64,000 nt of DNA from Octopus vulgaris (Eukaryota), in assembly GCA_951406725.2 (NCBI GenBank), contig OX597832.1, positions 24,304,001 to 24,368,000 on the forward strand. The letters run 5' to 3'. This document shows positions 36,014-50,134 of this stretch, in pieces; positions within the stretch are counted from its first letter, which is position 1; each line of letters begins with the position of its first letter. Made by a program: the position numbers and the translations under genes. A model generated the notes under the pieces. That model saw only the letters and a program-made list of their open reading frames with translations. It did no database searches and had not been told where the DNA came from.

Positions 36014-36912
36014 TGCGTGATCTGACCAATAAGTATCCGGACTGTTGCCATAGTAATGAAGCTAAAGCATGCATATTAAAAGCCGCTTGGCAGAGATTGA
36101 CATTGAACTCTGCTATGCATGTCCACTAAGTTTTAACATTCTAGCTCGCTTCTGGTGTTTACAGCAGTACTTGGAAGGAAAGTGTGTAGTGTATGATTGT
36201 CACATTGACCAGGACAGAGAAAGTTGAGCAGAGAATCTGCATCAAATTTTGCCAAAAGTTTGGCGATACCTGCTCAGAGGCCAACGTGAAGTTTTCAAAA
36301 AGTTTTCATTGTTCTTGACACAATGGAGGTGATCTTGGGCAACTGAAACCTGAATGTCTTTTTGGTCAGCTGAAAGCAGTTTTGGCACAAACTTGGTAGA
36401 CACACCTCTCATACCCAAATCTTCTGTGATAATGGACGGAAGTGAACCGTAACTAATCTGCACATCCTCTGATAACTCACAGATGGTGATTCAACGATTT
36501 CCTCTCACAGCTGCATACACATCTGTGATGTTTTCCTCAGTTCTATGTTTGCAGTTCTTCCAGAAAGTTCATCAATATTGACATTTTTTGGCCATGCTGG
36601 AAATTTCTGAACAACTCGTACACATGTGTGTGGTTTATACACTCCTCTCCATACACTATCAGCAACTTTGTGTTGACCTCTGTTCAGGTATCGCCATGAC
36701 AACTTTCTCTGTCATGGCCAATGCGACATTCACATGCTACACATGTTCCTTCCAAGCACTGCTGTAAACAGCAGAAGTGGGCTGGGACGTTAAAACTTAG
36801 TGCACATGCATAGCAGAGATCAAGGTCAATCTCTGCCAAGCGGCTTTTAATATGCATGCTTTAGCTTCGTTACTATGGCAACAGTCCTGATACTTATTGG
36901 TCAGACCTTGTA
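36014..36912. mobile_element. Rearranged mariner element with ~210-bp inverted ends; fragment at 37880-38090
   Basis: EQRICIKFC on +; ISYGS..IITEDLGMRGVSTKFVPKLL on -; TA at 36911-36912. Confidence 0.82.
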
Positions 36913-37223
36913 TTTTGATCACCGAATACTTGCAAGAGAAAATCCCTCAACTGAGCAGGTATAGATTGGAGGGATAAGAAACTATGATAGAGGGGACAGG
37001 ATCTGTTGTTTTTTTTTTAAATAAAAGAAGGAACACCTGAATAAAAAAAAGTCAGGAAGATGGGAAGGTCACAGCCAGAACGTCTTTCATCATCGGTCAA
37101 TTAAATCAGAGCAGATCTTCCTCCTCCTTTTCCTCCTCAAAAGCAATACCACCACCACCACCACCATCCCCACCAACAACAACAAATATAATTTTATTAC
37201 CCGACCCCTTCTTTCACACTTAC

Positions 37224-37310
37224 TTTCATCTTTATCCTGGAGCGACATTCTTTTCACTAAATTTTCATTGAGGCGAGCAGCCATGCAGTGGTTGAAAGGT
37301 GAGGTAGCAT
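37224..37310 (-). CDS. MCCC1: MCCC1 exon
   Basis: cag|..DATSPFNHCMAARLNENLVKRMSLQDKDE|gtaagt. Confidence 0.9.
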
Positions 37311-37336
37311 CTGTAAAGAAAATAACAGTAGTAGTA

Positions 37337-37375
<39 letters not shown>

Positions 37376-38797
37376 GTAGTAGTAATAATAATAATAATGA
37401 TAATAATGATCTTTTCCACTGGAGGCACAAGGCCTCAAATTTGGGGGTAGTATAAACTTAACATGGCTGCAAAACAAATTTTATACTATCCCTATACTGT
37501 TAAGTTGTCAACAGAAAGCAGATTTTATACTGCATGCCATTCAGACTGAGTAACAGCAGTGATTTCTGAAAGGCATGCAGTACAAAATTTGCTTTTGTTT
37601 TGACAACTTCACATGGCTGGAAGGCATGCAGTGTAAAACATGGCTGAAAGGAAAATTTTATATTGCTTATATACTGTTAAGTAGTTAACAGAAAGTAAAT
37701 GTTATACTTCATGCCTCCCAGTCATGGTAACAGAAGGGATGTTATGAAAAAAGAGCGAGAAAGCAAATTTTATACTGCATGCCTCTGAATCAGAGCAACA
37801 GCAGTGGTGTCTGAAAGGCTTTAGCGTCATTACTATGGCAAAAAGGAAAGCAGTAAAATATCCAATTTCTCTCTTTTTCTTTGGCAAAATTCAATGCAGA
37901 TTCTCTGCTCAACTTTCTCTGTCCTGGTCAATGCGACAATCACACGCTACACACCTTCCTTCCAAGCACTGCTGTAAACTCCAGAAGCGAGCTAGAATGT
38001 TAAAACTTAGTGGACATGCACAGCAGAGTTCAATGTCAATCTTTGCCAAGCGGCTTTTAATATGCAGGCTTTAGCGTCATTACTATGGCCAAAAGGAAAG
38101 CAGTAAAATATCCACTTTCTCTCTTTTTCTTTGTTGACCACTGATTTCGTTCTCGAAAATAATAGAATACAAAGAAAGTAACATCTCTGCTCTTACTATG
38201 ACTGAAAGGAAGCAGTAAAAAATTTGCCTTCCCTTTTCTATGTTTCTGTTGGCTACTTAACAACACCACTGAAAAGCCAGCAGGGAAATATCAAGAATCG
38301 ATTATATATTACAGAAATGAATTACTGATCGTGGAAATATAGTAAGGCATGCAGTTCATGAGCAGCATACATAGACTCTTTCATCATCATCGTTTAACGC
38401 CCGTTTTCCATACTGGCATGGGTTAGACGGATCGACCGGGGGTCTGGGAAGTCAGGAGGCTGTACCAGGCTCCAGTCTGATCTGGCAGTGTTTCTACAGC
38501 TGGATGCCCTTCCTAACGCCAACCACTCCGTGAGTGTAGTGGGTGCTTTTTATGTGCCACCGGCACAGGTGCCAGGGGAGGCTGGCAACGGCCACGATTG
38601 GATTGGTGCATTTTATGTGCCACCGGCACGGAAGCCAGTCAAAGCGGCACTGGCATCGGCCACGTTCTTTGTCTCTGGTATGTATGTATGTATGAATGCT
38701 GGGCTAAAAAGTCACATTCGATCACAGCACCAATAACAGTTAAGCTTCGTGCAATGGCCATACTCGATAACGAGGGGGCAGCCATCATATGAATGCT

Positions 38798-38829
<32 letters not shown>

Positions 38830-39039
38830 TAAGAGAGAGAGGCATTCTAAGTGAAGGAATTATGCAGAAGAGGAAAACTGAGGGGGATATGGTAAAGCAG
38901 TGTGGTGAGGGTAGACCTGTCCAACCTATGCCAGCTTCAAAAAATTAATGTATGATGATGATGGTGATGATGATGATGGTGATGGTGATGACAATGATGA
39001 TGTGCTAACCACACTCACACTGAAAATTTGCATACGTAC

Positions 39040-39253
39040 CAAAAGACTGTGCTGACATCTTGAGGGTTTGTTCCTGTTCGTGCAGGATTAATGCCACAGC
39101 TGCCTGGCAAAGGAGATTGGGTGAAAGTTTGTCTGATGGGAACAACTGGGCGTAGTGTGCTGGGATGAAGTTGGTGTTCACGTTGCCCTTTTTGAATTCT
39201 TCGTGTTTGCAAAGATTCACGAGGAAATCTATGTTTGTGGAGAGACCAACAAT
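39040..39253 (-). CDS. MCCC1: MCCC1 exon
   Basis: IVGLSTNIDFLVNLCKHEEFKKGNVNTNFIP...|gtacgt. Confidence 0.94.
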
Positions 39254-39733
39254 CTGAGGGAATTTCCAAGGAAAAAAAAAAAAAGGAAGAGAAACTGTTT
39301 TTTAAAAAATGACTTTTCTTTTACTTGGAAAAGCAAAAAAAAAAACAAAAAAAAACAAAGAAACAAAAAACTAAAAATAGAACTTTAAAAACAAAATTTT
39401 AAGTTTTTAAGAATTAATTTTAAAAGATAAAGACATAAGACATTCTTTCATATTCTGCCTAAGTATAAGTTGACATAGCTTGGGTATAGATGTATATATG
39501 ATCATCATCATCATCATCATCATCATTTAGCATCTGTTTTCCATGCTGGCATGGGTTGGACAATTTGACTGGAGCTGGTAAGCCGGAGAGCTGTAACAGG
39601 CTTGGTTTCTATGACTGGATGCCCTTCCTAATGCTAATAATTGAAAGGGTGTAGTGGGTGCCTTTTACCTGTCACCAGCATGGGCCAGGACTACGATTTT
39701 ACTTGGCTTGATGCGTCTTCTCAGACGTGTATA

Positions 39734-39766
<33 letters not shown>

Positions 39767-39830
39767 GTACATGGTGCTATTAAGTTAGACATGGCCTGGG
39801 CCAATAATGGCCACCTATCAAAGTATCAAA

Positions 39831-39873
<43 letters not shown>

Positions 39874-40920
39874 ATAAAATCCAAACTTACAAGGAAAAAG
39901 AATTCAATTTAGAAATACTAAATCAAATACCACACAATAGAATATATATATAAAATATTAGAAAAAACCCCACCTTTTATCAATTCAAAATGAATAATTA
40001 AATTACACCATCTAGAAAAATATATATAATAGAAAAGTTAAACTATTATATACATTTTTATTATTCTTGTAATTTACTTAATCTTTACTTTTTATTGTTA
40101 TTTTAATTTTAACTTTTCTATTATATGTAATTTTCTAGATGGTGTAATTTAATTATTCATTTTGAATTGATAAAAGGTGGTTTTTTCTAATATTTTATAT
40201 ATATACGATCGTAGTGGTTATTCATATGTTAAATTTTAATTTATATAAATTATTTTATGTATTGGCTTAAGTCTTTCTTTGTTTGATTTGCATAATAGTG
40301 GTTTTGTCTCTAATTTGATATAATATATATATATATATATATACATTTATAAATGAGGGTGAAAAATTTGATATTAATTTAATAATACCATCAATTTAAC
40401 ACCAAGTGGCTTAGCACATAAAAACCAGGGATACAATACAAATTTATACATAAATATGAGAATGACCACTTTGTGGTCTACTCTAGTGCTAAAAATAGAT
40501 CCACAATGGTATAGCCACTAAAAAATTGTTAAATGTTGTGTTATTTCTCCTTGGAAACAATTTTTTAGTGGCTATACCATAGTGGATCTATTTTTAGCAC
40601 TAGAGTAGACCACATAGTGGTCACTCTCTCATATTTATGTATATATATATATCCATATACATATATATATATACATAGCCGGAGGGCTGAAACAAGTAAA
40701 AGAGTAAAAGAGTATATACATACATGCACACAAACATACTTCCATTCTTGCACACCTCTGCACAAACACACACACACACCACTCCTCTCTTTTGTGCATC
40801 AGCCAAATGTATATGAATATGTGTGTTGAATGAGCATTTGAACACCCCGTGTGTCTATGCGAGAGTATTACAAAACATTCAGAATCCTTCATACGATAAT
40901 ATCTATCTGATGAGACTTAC

Positions 40921-41030
40921 ATGGTAGTCGAGAAGATTAGCTTGGATTTGCTTCAGGGCTGAGTCCCGGCTGTCGGACCATACAACCAGTTTGGCAATCA
41001 TAGGGTCATAGTGAACAGAGACCTCATCAC
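40921..41030 (-). CDS. MCCC1: MCCC1 exon
   Basis: [26 protein letters not shown]...|gtaagt. Confidence 0.95.
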
Positions 41031-42530
41031 CTGGTCATGGAAATAATAAAAGGCTTTGATAAATTAAGGAAGACTTTGAGAAGCTTTTAGTTTTAAGGAG
41101 ACATGTTTAATTATGTGAACAATTCATCAATTTATTCTAAGTAAATCATAACTAAACAGGAACTTATGGAAGAAGATAGGAGTGGGCGCTGGAAAGTTCC
41201 TGGTTTTGAATAAAAGAAAATAAAGGAATATTAGTTAATTATGATTTTATTTAACATATTGGGAGGGATGGCTTGAGGAGAGAGGACACCCAAAAACCGG
41301 GCGTGATGGCAAGATGGTTTGAGAGCGGTTGCTGTAAGAGTGAGGTAGATCCAGGCACCCCCGTTAATGGGGACAAACCCGATTCAAAATATTGGAATTC
41401 ATTCATATTCTACTCCCAGGTTCATACACTTATTGCAGCGGTCCTTCAGTTTTTCTAAGCCCTGTAAAAGAACTTGGAAGGTTGGGCCTCCAACCAGGCC
41501 TTTTGTGATGCCCTTAAGGCCAGGAGCTTTCCAGCATCCCTATCGTGTATCTTAGCAACAGAAGCAGTACAAATACCAAGAGTCAATATTTACTGTAGTT
41601 CATACCGTGAGAGAAACTATCATATTAGCTTTTGGCGCAAAATCTATGTTTGTTTATAGCGCTTGCAGGAGGGTCCCTGCCATCTCCAGCACCCAGACCA
41701 CCAAGATCACAACAATACAACCTTGTTTGGTCTTATCAATGATTGATGCTCAACTGCTAGTGATCACAGTGGCTCATCTTGTTGTTGTTTGTTTCTTCTC
41801 GAGACATGTCTCGCTCATAAGGGCCGGTTTTCCGGTTTCCTTGGCGTATAGGTTCCCCACCTGGACGGGACGCCGGTCCATCGCAAGTGAGCTGCAAGAT
41901 GCAGGAGGAAAGAGCGAGAGAAAGTTGTGGTGAAAGAGTCAGCAGAAGTTTGTCGTAATCCCTTCTGCCGAAGCCGTGTGGAGCTTAGGTGTTTCGCTCA
42001 TAAACACACACATCACCTGGTCTGAGATTCGAACTCATGATCCCTCGACCGCGAGTCCACTGCTTTAACCACTAGGCCATGTGCATCCAGTGGCTCATTT
42101 TCCAACCAATGATATACAGAAAAACAATACCTGAACATGTGCTGGTGCCATCATTAGCCAGTGAGCTTATTAAAAAATATTCATTAACGACAGAGGCAGT
42201 TCTAATACCAAGAAGTAATATTTATCTCCAATTAAACACGGATGTTCTGTTAGAACAAACTATACTGCAGTAGATACCAAGAGAGAAACTCTCATATGAG
42301 AAGCTAAGAGAGAATTTTGCACGGAAAGCCAATATGAGACTATCTCTCATGCCATCTACTGCAGTATAGCTTGTTCTAATAGAACATCCATGTTTAAGTG
42401 GGGATGAAAATGGAGCAAGAATACTCCATATCATAATCAATGCCTGTGATTATAATAAGTCTGCTGAAATCAGAGTTCACATGGGAACAACAAGATCAAC
42501 AACAAAAACAAAAAAAGACTCAGCAGCAGC

Positions 42531-42571
<41 letters not shown>

Positions 42572-42579
42572 AATCTCAC

Positions 42580-42763
42580 CTTGTCTGACACCGGTTTCAA
42601 CTCTAGTAGAGGTGCTGGTCTGTGGTGGAGACAGATAATCGAGAGAACCGGCCCCGGGCATGAAATTGTTGTTTGGGTCCTCAGCATAAATTCTAGCTTC
42701 GAATGCATGACCCTTTAAAACAAGGTCTTTCTGAGTCAATGGTAGTTGCTGCCCACTTGCTAC
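42580..42763 (-). CDS. MCCC1: MCCC1 exon
   Basis: [11 protein letters not shown]...[13 protein letters not shown]...RVETGVRQG|gtgag. Confidence 0.95.
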
Positions 42764-44881
42764 CTGAGGAAGAAGATAGAGAAAGAGAGGGACATCATCA
42801 ACATCATCATCATCGTCACTTTAATGTGTAGTGAGACATGGCAGAACTATTTTATCGCTGTGGCGTAATTTAGCTGTGCTTGGGCAGATGCCAGCCAGGT
42901 AGGGTTGGCGAAATCAAATTTGATGACTGGCACCCGTGCCAGTGGAGCACTAAGAGTACCATACAAGTGAGATCGTTGCCAGAGCAACAAGCTGGCCTCC
43001 GTGCCGATGGCATGTTAAAACACCATTCCAGCGTGCTCGTTACCTGCGTCACCTTACTGGCACTTGTGCTGGTGGCACATGAAAAAAAATATTCGAGCGA
43101 GGTCATTGCCAGTGCCACTGGACTGGCTCCTATGCAGGTGGCACATAAAAAGCACCATTTGAGCATGGCCATTGCCAGTACCGCCTGACTGGCCCTCGTG
43201 CTGGTGGTACATAAAAGCACCCACTGCACTCTCGGAGTGGTTGGCGTTAGGAAGGGCATCCAGCTGTAGAAACTCTGCCAGATCAGATTGGAGTCTGGTG
43301 CAGCCATCTGGTTCACCAGACCTCAGTCAAATCGTCCAACCCATGCCAGCATGGAAAGCGGACGTTAAACGATGATGATGATGAACTTCTGCCCTACAGT
43401 AAAATGCACAGTTAGTTGCGGCCCGGACATTGAACAAACAACAGTGTTTACTTTGAAGTACCACTGTTTGGATTTTCCTTTTCTTCATGAAGAATTGTGG
43501 TTTAAACAGCATTAATGATTATCACCATTTATAAGCTGAAACATTGTTCCAGTTTTTATAACCAACATGAAGGTTTGGTTGATTTGACAACACTCACAAG
43601 ATCTGGAAAAACCTTATTCTGGTTGTTATAACAAATTCAGAATCTTGACAAAGTAGAAAGCCTTAGCAGTTCTTTAATGCTTCTTTAACAGCCCTAGCAT
43701 CCTTATTGTATTCCTGTTATACAACTTTAACAGTGCAGGAGTGGCTGTGTGGTAAGTGGCTTGCTTACCAACCATATGGTTCCAGGTTCAGTTCCACTGT
43801 ATGGCACCTTGGGCAAGTGTCTTCTACTATAGCCTCTGGCCAACCAAAGCCTTGTGAGTGGATTTGGTGGACAGAATCTGAAAGAAGCCCGTCATATAAA
43901 TATATAAATATGAATATGTTTGTGTGTCTGTGTTTGTCCCCTCAACATATGTCAGACTCTTGCTGGGAGCTACTCTATCAAGGAGGCCATCTCTTGCTTG
44001 TACAGTTCTTTTTGTAGTTTGGGTTCTATATTGGGTACATTTCGTAGTGGAACCAACACCAGGGGGTTGTCTTGTTCTCGACATGACTGCAAGATGATGA
44101 TGATGGTGATGATGATAATGACATGAGATTATGAAACTGACGGCAATGATAGTGTTGATGATTATGACTATAGACTATGGTGATGATGATGATATAAGGC
44201 GGCGAGCTGGTAGACACGTTAGCACGCTGGACAAAATGCGTAGCCGTATTTCGTCTGCCGTTATGTTCTGAGTTCAAATTCCGCCGAGGTCGACTTTGCC
44301 TTTCATCCTTTTGGGGTCGATAAATTAAGTACCAGTTACGCACTGGGGTCGATATAATCGACTTAATCCATTTGTCTGTCTTTGTTTGTCCCCTCTGTGT
44401 TTAGCCCCTTGTGGGTAGTAAAGAAATAGGTATCTCGTCTGGATAAATTAAGTACTAGTTGCGTCCTGGGGTAGATCTAATCGACTGCCCTCCCTCACCC
44501 AGAATTTCGGGTGCATAGAGTAGAAAAGATTCTTTAAAGAAGGCGGTGGTGAGCTGACAGAAACGTTAGCACGCTGGACGAAATGCGTAGCCATATTTCA
44601 TCGGCCGTTATGTTCTGAGTTCAAATTCTGCCGAGGTTTACTTTGCCTTTCATCCTTTTGGAGTCGATTAAATAAGTACCAGTTACGCACTGGGGTCGAT
44701 ATAATCGACTTAATCCGTTTGTCTGTCCTTGTTTGTCCCCTCTGTGTTTAGCCCCTTGTGGGCAATAAAGAAATAGGTAATGTCGATGATAGCATGATGG
44801 TGATGATGATGGTAATAATAGTGTTGATGATGATGATGAGAAAGGGGAGGACGATGGTGATAACGGTAAGTGCCAACTGAC

Positions 44882-45009
44882 CTTTATCTGCCATTCAACG
44901 AGATCAGTGTTGGTGATCATCTCGGTGATGGGGTGTTCCACCTGTAGTCGGGTGTTCATTTCCATGAAATAGAAGTTGAAGTTCTCATCCATAACAAACT
45001 CCACAGTGC
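44882..45009 (-). CDS. MCCC1: MCCC1 exon
   Basis: GTVEFVMD...[29 protein letters not shown]|gtcagt. Confidence 0.95.
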
Positions 45010-46338
45010 CTGATGGGGGAGGGGAGGGGAAAGAACAAAAATCACAAACAAAACACATTAAATAATTAAGAAAAATAACAATACATAACAAGGCAGAATA
45101 AATACATAACAAATGAAGAGAAAAACAAAGAATAAATAAACAAGTACTTGGCCACAGTTGATTTGATAAGACTGATTTTCTGACTAAAAGATCAGAAAAT
45201 CTAATTCTATCCCAGAACCATTCTGATTCCTTAGTCAAGGTACCACAATCTCAATGACTCAGTATATGTACCTATGTACCTGATAATGTGTACAGTGTAG
45301 CGAAGAAGCTTTGTTTCGTAACTACGTGGGTTCTAGGTAGAGAACAGACAAGGCAGTGCCCCCGTAGGATGGCCTGCTTCTCCATACCATGGAAGTGATT
45401 GGGTTGGTCTTGTGGCCCCATCAGACCAAAGCAATTTCTGATCATTCCTGTTCTCATCCTCAGGTGACTGAAATGTCTTCCAGTGAATCCATGATGCTTC
45501 TAAGCTAGAAGTTGGGTCTTTAACAGGTGGGACTCCAACGACAATTGTAAGAGGGCCGTTCTCAAGATTTTCTACCCAAAGCTGGATTCTGGTTTCTTCC
45601 TGAGATAGTTATGTTTCTTTACTACCCACAAAGGGCTAAACATAGAGGGGACAAATAAGGACAGACAAACGGATTAAGTCGATTACATCAACCGCAGTGC
45701 ATAACTGGTACTTAATTTATCGACCCTGAAAGGATGAAAGGCAAAGTCGACCTCGGCGGAATTTGAACTCAGAACGTAACGGCAGACGAAATACGGCTAC
45801 GTATTTTGTCCGGTGTGCTAACGGTTCTGCCAGCTCGCCGCCTTCCTGAGATAGTTAGGGGCTAGACAAGGTTGAGGAAGCTGCTTCGTGACTGCAGTCA
45901 TTGGTCAGAAGACTGACATCTATGGAAGAGATGATATTCATCACTGGCAGCCTTGGTCATCTTAACTTTAATGGCCACTGTCCATCTGATTTAAGCAAGG
46001 GCAATGCCAAAGAGGAGGTGCAGGTTCCTTGTGTTGGTGGGTTTCCTGCAACCAGTGATCAGTGGGCAGGTGTTGTTCAACACTGGATCATGCTTCTAGG
46101 CAGGAGTTGATCTCCCCCAGACAGGACAGATTCTCTGCAGAGGAATAACACAGGGCCAGAGCAACAGATCTTAAGGTGCGCATTGTGAATTCCCATTTTA
46201 CAGTCGATGAGTTTTCATAGGATATTGTTTTGGACCCCAGCTTTCAATTTAGTGTTTCTCTCAACACACACCTGGATACTGTTCCAGGTGTGTGAAGTGA
46301 GAAAGCATTTTTGTTTTCTAGGTGTGTAAATTACATAC

Positions 46339-46420
46339 CTGCTCCGACATAATTAACAGCCTTAGCAGCCTTCACAGCAGCTTCTCCTAATGACCTTCTT
46401 ACTTCATCAGACACACCTGG
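46339..46420 (-). CDS. MCCC1: MCCC1 exon
   Basis: aag|[27 protein letters not shown]|gtatgt. Confidence 0.94.
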
Positions 46421-47033
46421 CTTTATTTATCAAAACAGAAAAACGAAATATAAAGGTAAAGGTGAAAAAAATAATATTAAATTAAAAAAAAAACATACAA
46501 TTAAGGTTACTTACATATAAAAATTAAAAGGAATAATAAAATACTAATAAAAAAATATAAAAGAAAATAATAATTAACTCTTTGATGATAATTTTGAGTT
46601 CAGTCCCAGTGTGGTAGTTTGGACAAGTGCCTTCTACTGAAGCCCAAACACCAACTTGTGCCTCAGTGGAGAACTTTCTAGGTGAAATCCCATGGTCATT
46701 CGTGACTGAAGGGAGTCTTTACTCTTGCCCTTTCCATGCTTGCATGTGGCAGAATTTTTTTCTTATGACCAAGTACCCTTCTTATCCCCAACACCTCTCT
46801 TGTTTCCAAGCAAAATAATAATCTCACGGCCTATCAAACAACAAACAACCTAGCATGGATTAGATGGTGTGATGATGATGATGAATGATCACAGCTAGAA
46901 TATCTTTGGTCGTAGCTCTGCTGAATCAGAACTGACCTGGGTGGGGTGGGGTGGGGGGTTAAATATCCAGGGCAACATTCTCTAAATATAAATAGAAATT
47001 TTAAATATAAGAAAACAGATCTACAATACTTAC

Positions 47034-47145
47034 AGCAGGAGCTTCTTCGATAATTTTCTGGTGTCGTCGCTGGACGCTGCAATCTCTCTCAAATAAATAG
47101 ACGTAGTTGCCATGTTTGTCTCCAAACACCTGGACTTCCACGTGT
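47034..47145 (-). CDS. MCCC1: MCCC1 exon
   Basis: [37 protein letters not shown]|gtaagt. Confidence 0.95.
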
Positions 47146-47810
47146 CTGCAAGTGAATGAGATTGAAGACAGTCAGAGCAGTATTCAAAGTGGCCCTATTC
47201 GACCCAAATATTCTACCTGTCACTGTTATTTATGACAACCCTAACCCTAAAACCTTAACCCTAACCCTAGCCCTAAAACCCTAACCCTAAAACCTTAAAT
47301 CTAAAACCAGTACAAACGTACAAATAATGTCACAAAAAACGGTGACAAACGAAAAATACACCACCGATAGTTGTTTTTGATAAACAACGGCAGTAATTTT
47401 ATTCAGCTGAATACACGTCATTGATTGGTTGAAATTACCGAAATACGAGAACTTTAACGTGAAATAACTTTGTAAATATAAGTTTTTCTCAAAAATGCTA
47501 AGAGTAAAAGATGTTTTATATGACACATTCTACCAGTGTCCAAAGTTTGAAAATGTTTAGTTACAAAAAATTATTTTTTAAATCTGAAGGTCAAAAGGTC
47601 AAGATCCCAAAAATGAATGAATGCTCATCAATTCAACTCGAAATATTATCATTGCAAAAACAGCAGCATCTTTCTTCTTTAATTTTCATTACAATCTTTA
47701 ATTTCTGATAAAATTTTTTAAATGTTTGTTTAAATAGACCCATTTCAAGAAAGTACTGAGTGGGCCTCAGGTTGGCCAGCGCCCTGTTCTAGAATGTTGA
47801 AGACACACAC

Positions 47811-47932
47811 CTTGGATTTATAATGTATTTCTCCATAAGCATGACATCATCTGCAAAAGACTTCATGGCTTCTCTTCGAGCAGATTCCAGCTGTTCTTCA
47901 AAATCTGCTTCACTTTCTGCGATTCTCATGCC
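47811..47932 (-). CDS. MCCC1: MCCC1 exon
   Basis: [41 protein letters not shown]. Confidence 0.95.
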
Positions 47933-48725
47933 CTGTTGAAGAGTAAAAGATAACGACAGATCAAAGCAGAACTGCTTGAGTGTAAAGGTAGAATGGATGT
48001 AGACGTTGCCAAGAAATTCAATAAACAAATGGAATCAATTAAAAATTCTCCGTAACACCTTGACATTCAAACCTGATTATCATCATCATCATTGTTTAGC
48101 GTCTGCTTTCCTTGCTGGCATGGGTTCGATGGTTCAACTGGGGTCTGGGAAGCCAGAACGCTGCACCAGGCCCAGTCTGATCTGGCAATGTTTCTACGGC
48201 TGGATGCCTTTCCTAACACCAACCACTCCATGAGTGTAGTGGGAGCTTTTTACGTGCCAAACGAGGCTGGCAAACGGCCACGATCGGATGGTGCTTTTTA
48301 CGTGCCACGGAGGTCAGTCGGGGTGGCGCTGGCAACGGCCACGTTCGGATGGTTCTCTTATGTGCCACCGGCACTGTTATCACAGCTGGTATCATTCAAC
48401 AAAACTCATCTGACCTTAGGAAATTCTAACTTAACAAAGACCTAAGCCAACATAAACTCCTATGTACCACAAACTGATGGTGGGGACATTCATTCACAAC
48501 TATCACATGATGTCAAAACAAGGCGATACAAACATACACACAATCACAAATACATTTATACACAGGTGCAGGTGTGGCTGTGTGGTAAGAAGCTTGCTTC
48601 TCAACCACATGGTTCCAGGTTCAGTCCCACTATGTAGCACGTTTGGCAATTGTCGTCTACTAAAGCCTCGAACTGACCAATGTCATGTGAGGGGATTTGA
48701 CAGACAGAAACTGAAAGAAGCCTGT

Positions 48726-48778
<53 letters not shown>

Positions 48779-49569
48779 CACCATCCAAGCGTGATCATTG
48801 CCAGAGCGGCTAACTGGCTTCTGTGCTGGTGGTATGTAAAAGGCACCATTTGAGCGTGATCATTACCAGCGACGCTTTACTGGCACGTGTAAAAACATTC
48901 GAGCAAGGTCATTGCCAGTACCGCCTGACTGGCCCCCATGCTGGTGGCATGTAAAAAGCACCCACTACACTCTTGGAGTGGTTGGCGTTAGGAAGGGCAT
49001 CCAACTGTAGAAACTCTATCAGATCAAGATTGGACCCTGGTGCAGCCATCTGGTTTGCCAGCCCTCAGTCAAATCATCCAACCCATGCTAGCATGGAAAG
49101 CGGACGTTAAACGATGATGATGATTTATGTATGTGTGTCTGTGTTTTGTCCCCCTTGCCCCACCATCGCTTGACAACTGATGCTGGTGCACGTACATCCC
49201 CATAACTTAGCGGTTCAGCATAAGAAACAGATAGAATAAGTACTAGGCCTACAAAGAATAAGTCTTGGGGTCAATATGTTCAACTAAAGGTGGTGCTCCA
49301 GCATGGCTGCAACCAAATGACTGAAACAAGTAAAAGAATATAAGTACATACACACACAGAGGCTAACATTGAGGAATATTACTTTGCTTGGAAAACAGGT
49401 GAGGGTTGGCAACAGGAAGAGCATCCAGCCATGGACAATCAACCTCAACACAATCCAACCAACCCATGCATGTACGGAAAAGTGGATGTCAAAATGACAA
49501 TGATCACATACACATACAGCCAACACATTTCTCCAGTTTTGGTCAACCTGCAACCATAGCATAGAATGT

Positions 49570-49988
49570 GGATCTTTTCAGTTTGAATGGCAGTTTTTAA
49601 CATAATTTCTAGGTAACTAAAAAAATATTAAACTTCGTATACTGGTAGAATGTGTTTATAAAACATCTTTTTCTCTTGGCTTTATTGAAAAAATTCTATA
49701 GTTTGTAAGATATTTCGTCTTTAATTTCTTGCATTTCGGTAATTTCAACCAATCAATGACCGTCCATTGAGGTAAAAAAAACATTCTGTGCTGTATGAAT
49801 ATGTCCCTCGTTTAAGAAACAGATTGGGTTTATTTACATTTGTAAAGAAAAAAGATACCCTTCTCCCCACCCCTAACCCTAACCCTAAAATAGATTGAAA
49901 TGCAATAGATCGATACTAGGGTCATAATTATGGGTGACAATTTCATATGACACCGCTAGAAAAACTGCCGTTCAAACCGAAAAGATCC
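49570..49988. mobile_element. MITE with ~29-bp TIRs and an 8-bp TSD (Merlin/hAT-like); diverged relative near 47190-47607
   Basis: ggatcttttcagtttgaatggcagttttt / aaaaactgccgttcaaaccgaaaagatcc; tagaatgt at 49562 and 49989. Confidence 0.82.
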
Positions 49989-50134
49989 TAGAATGTTAGC
50001 CGACAACAATCACACAGTGGACTGGAACTCCTAACCTCATTTTTACAAGGTGGAAATAACAAAAAAAAAAAGGGACGAGAAAGAAGTAAAAAAAGAAGGA
50101 AGAGGAAAAAGGGCTATAGTATAGCACTGGTTAC

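Noticed and set aside
46265-46294. Small hairpin cacacacctgga..tccaggtgtgtg with 10-nt complementarity to the adjacent MCCC1 exon
   Set aside because: Too short and low in complexity to call an editing-complementary sequence.
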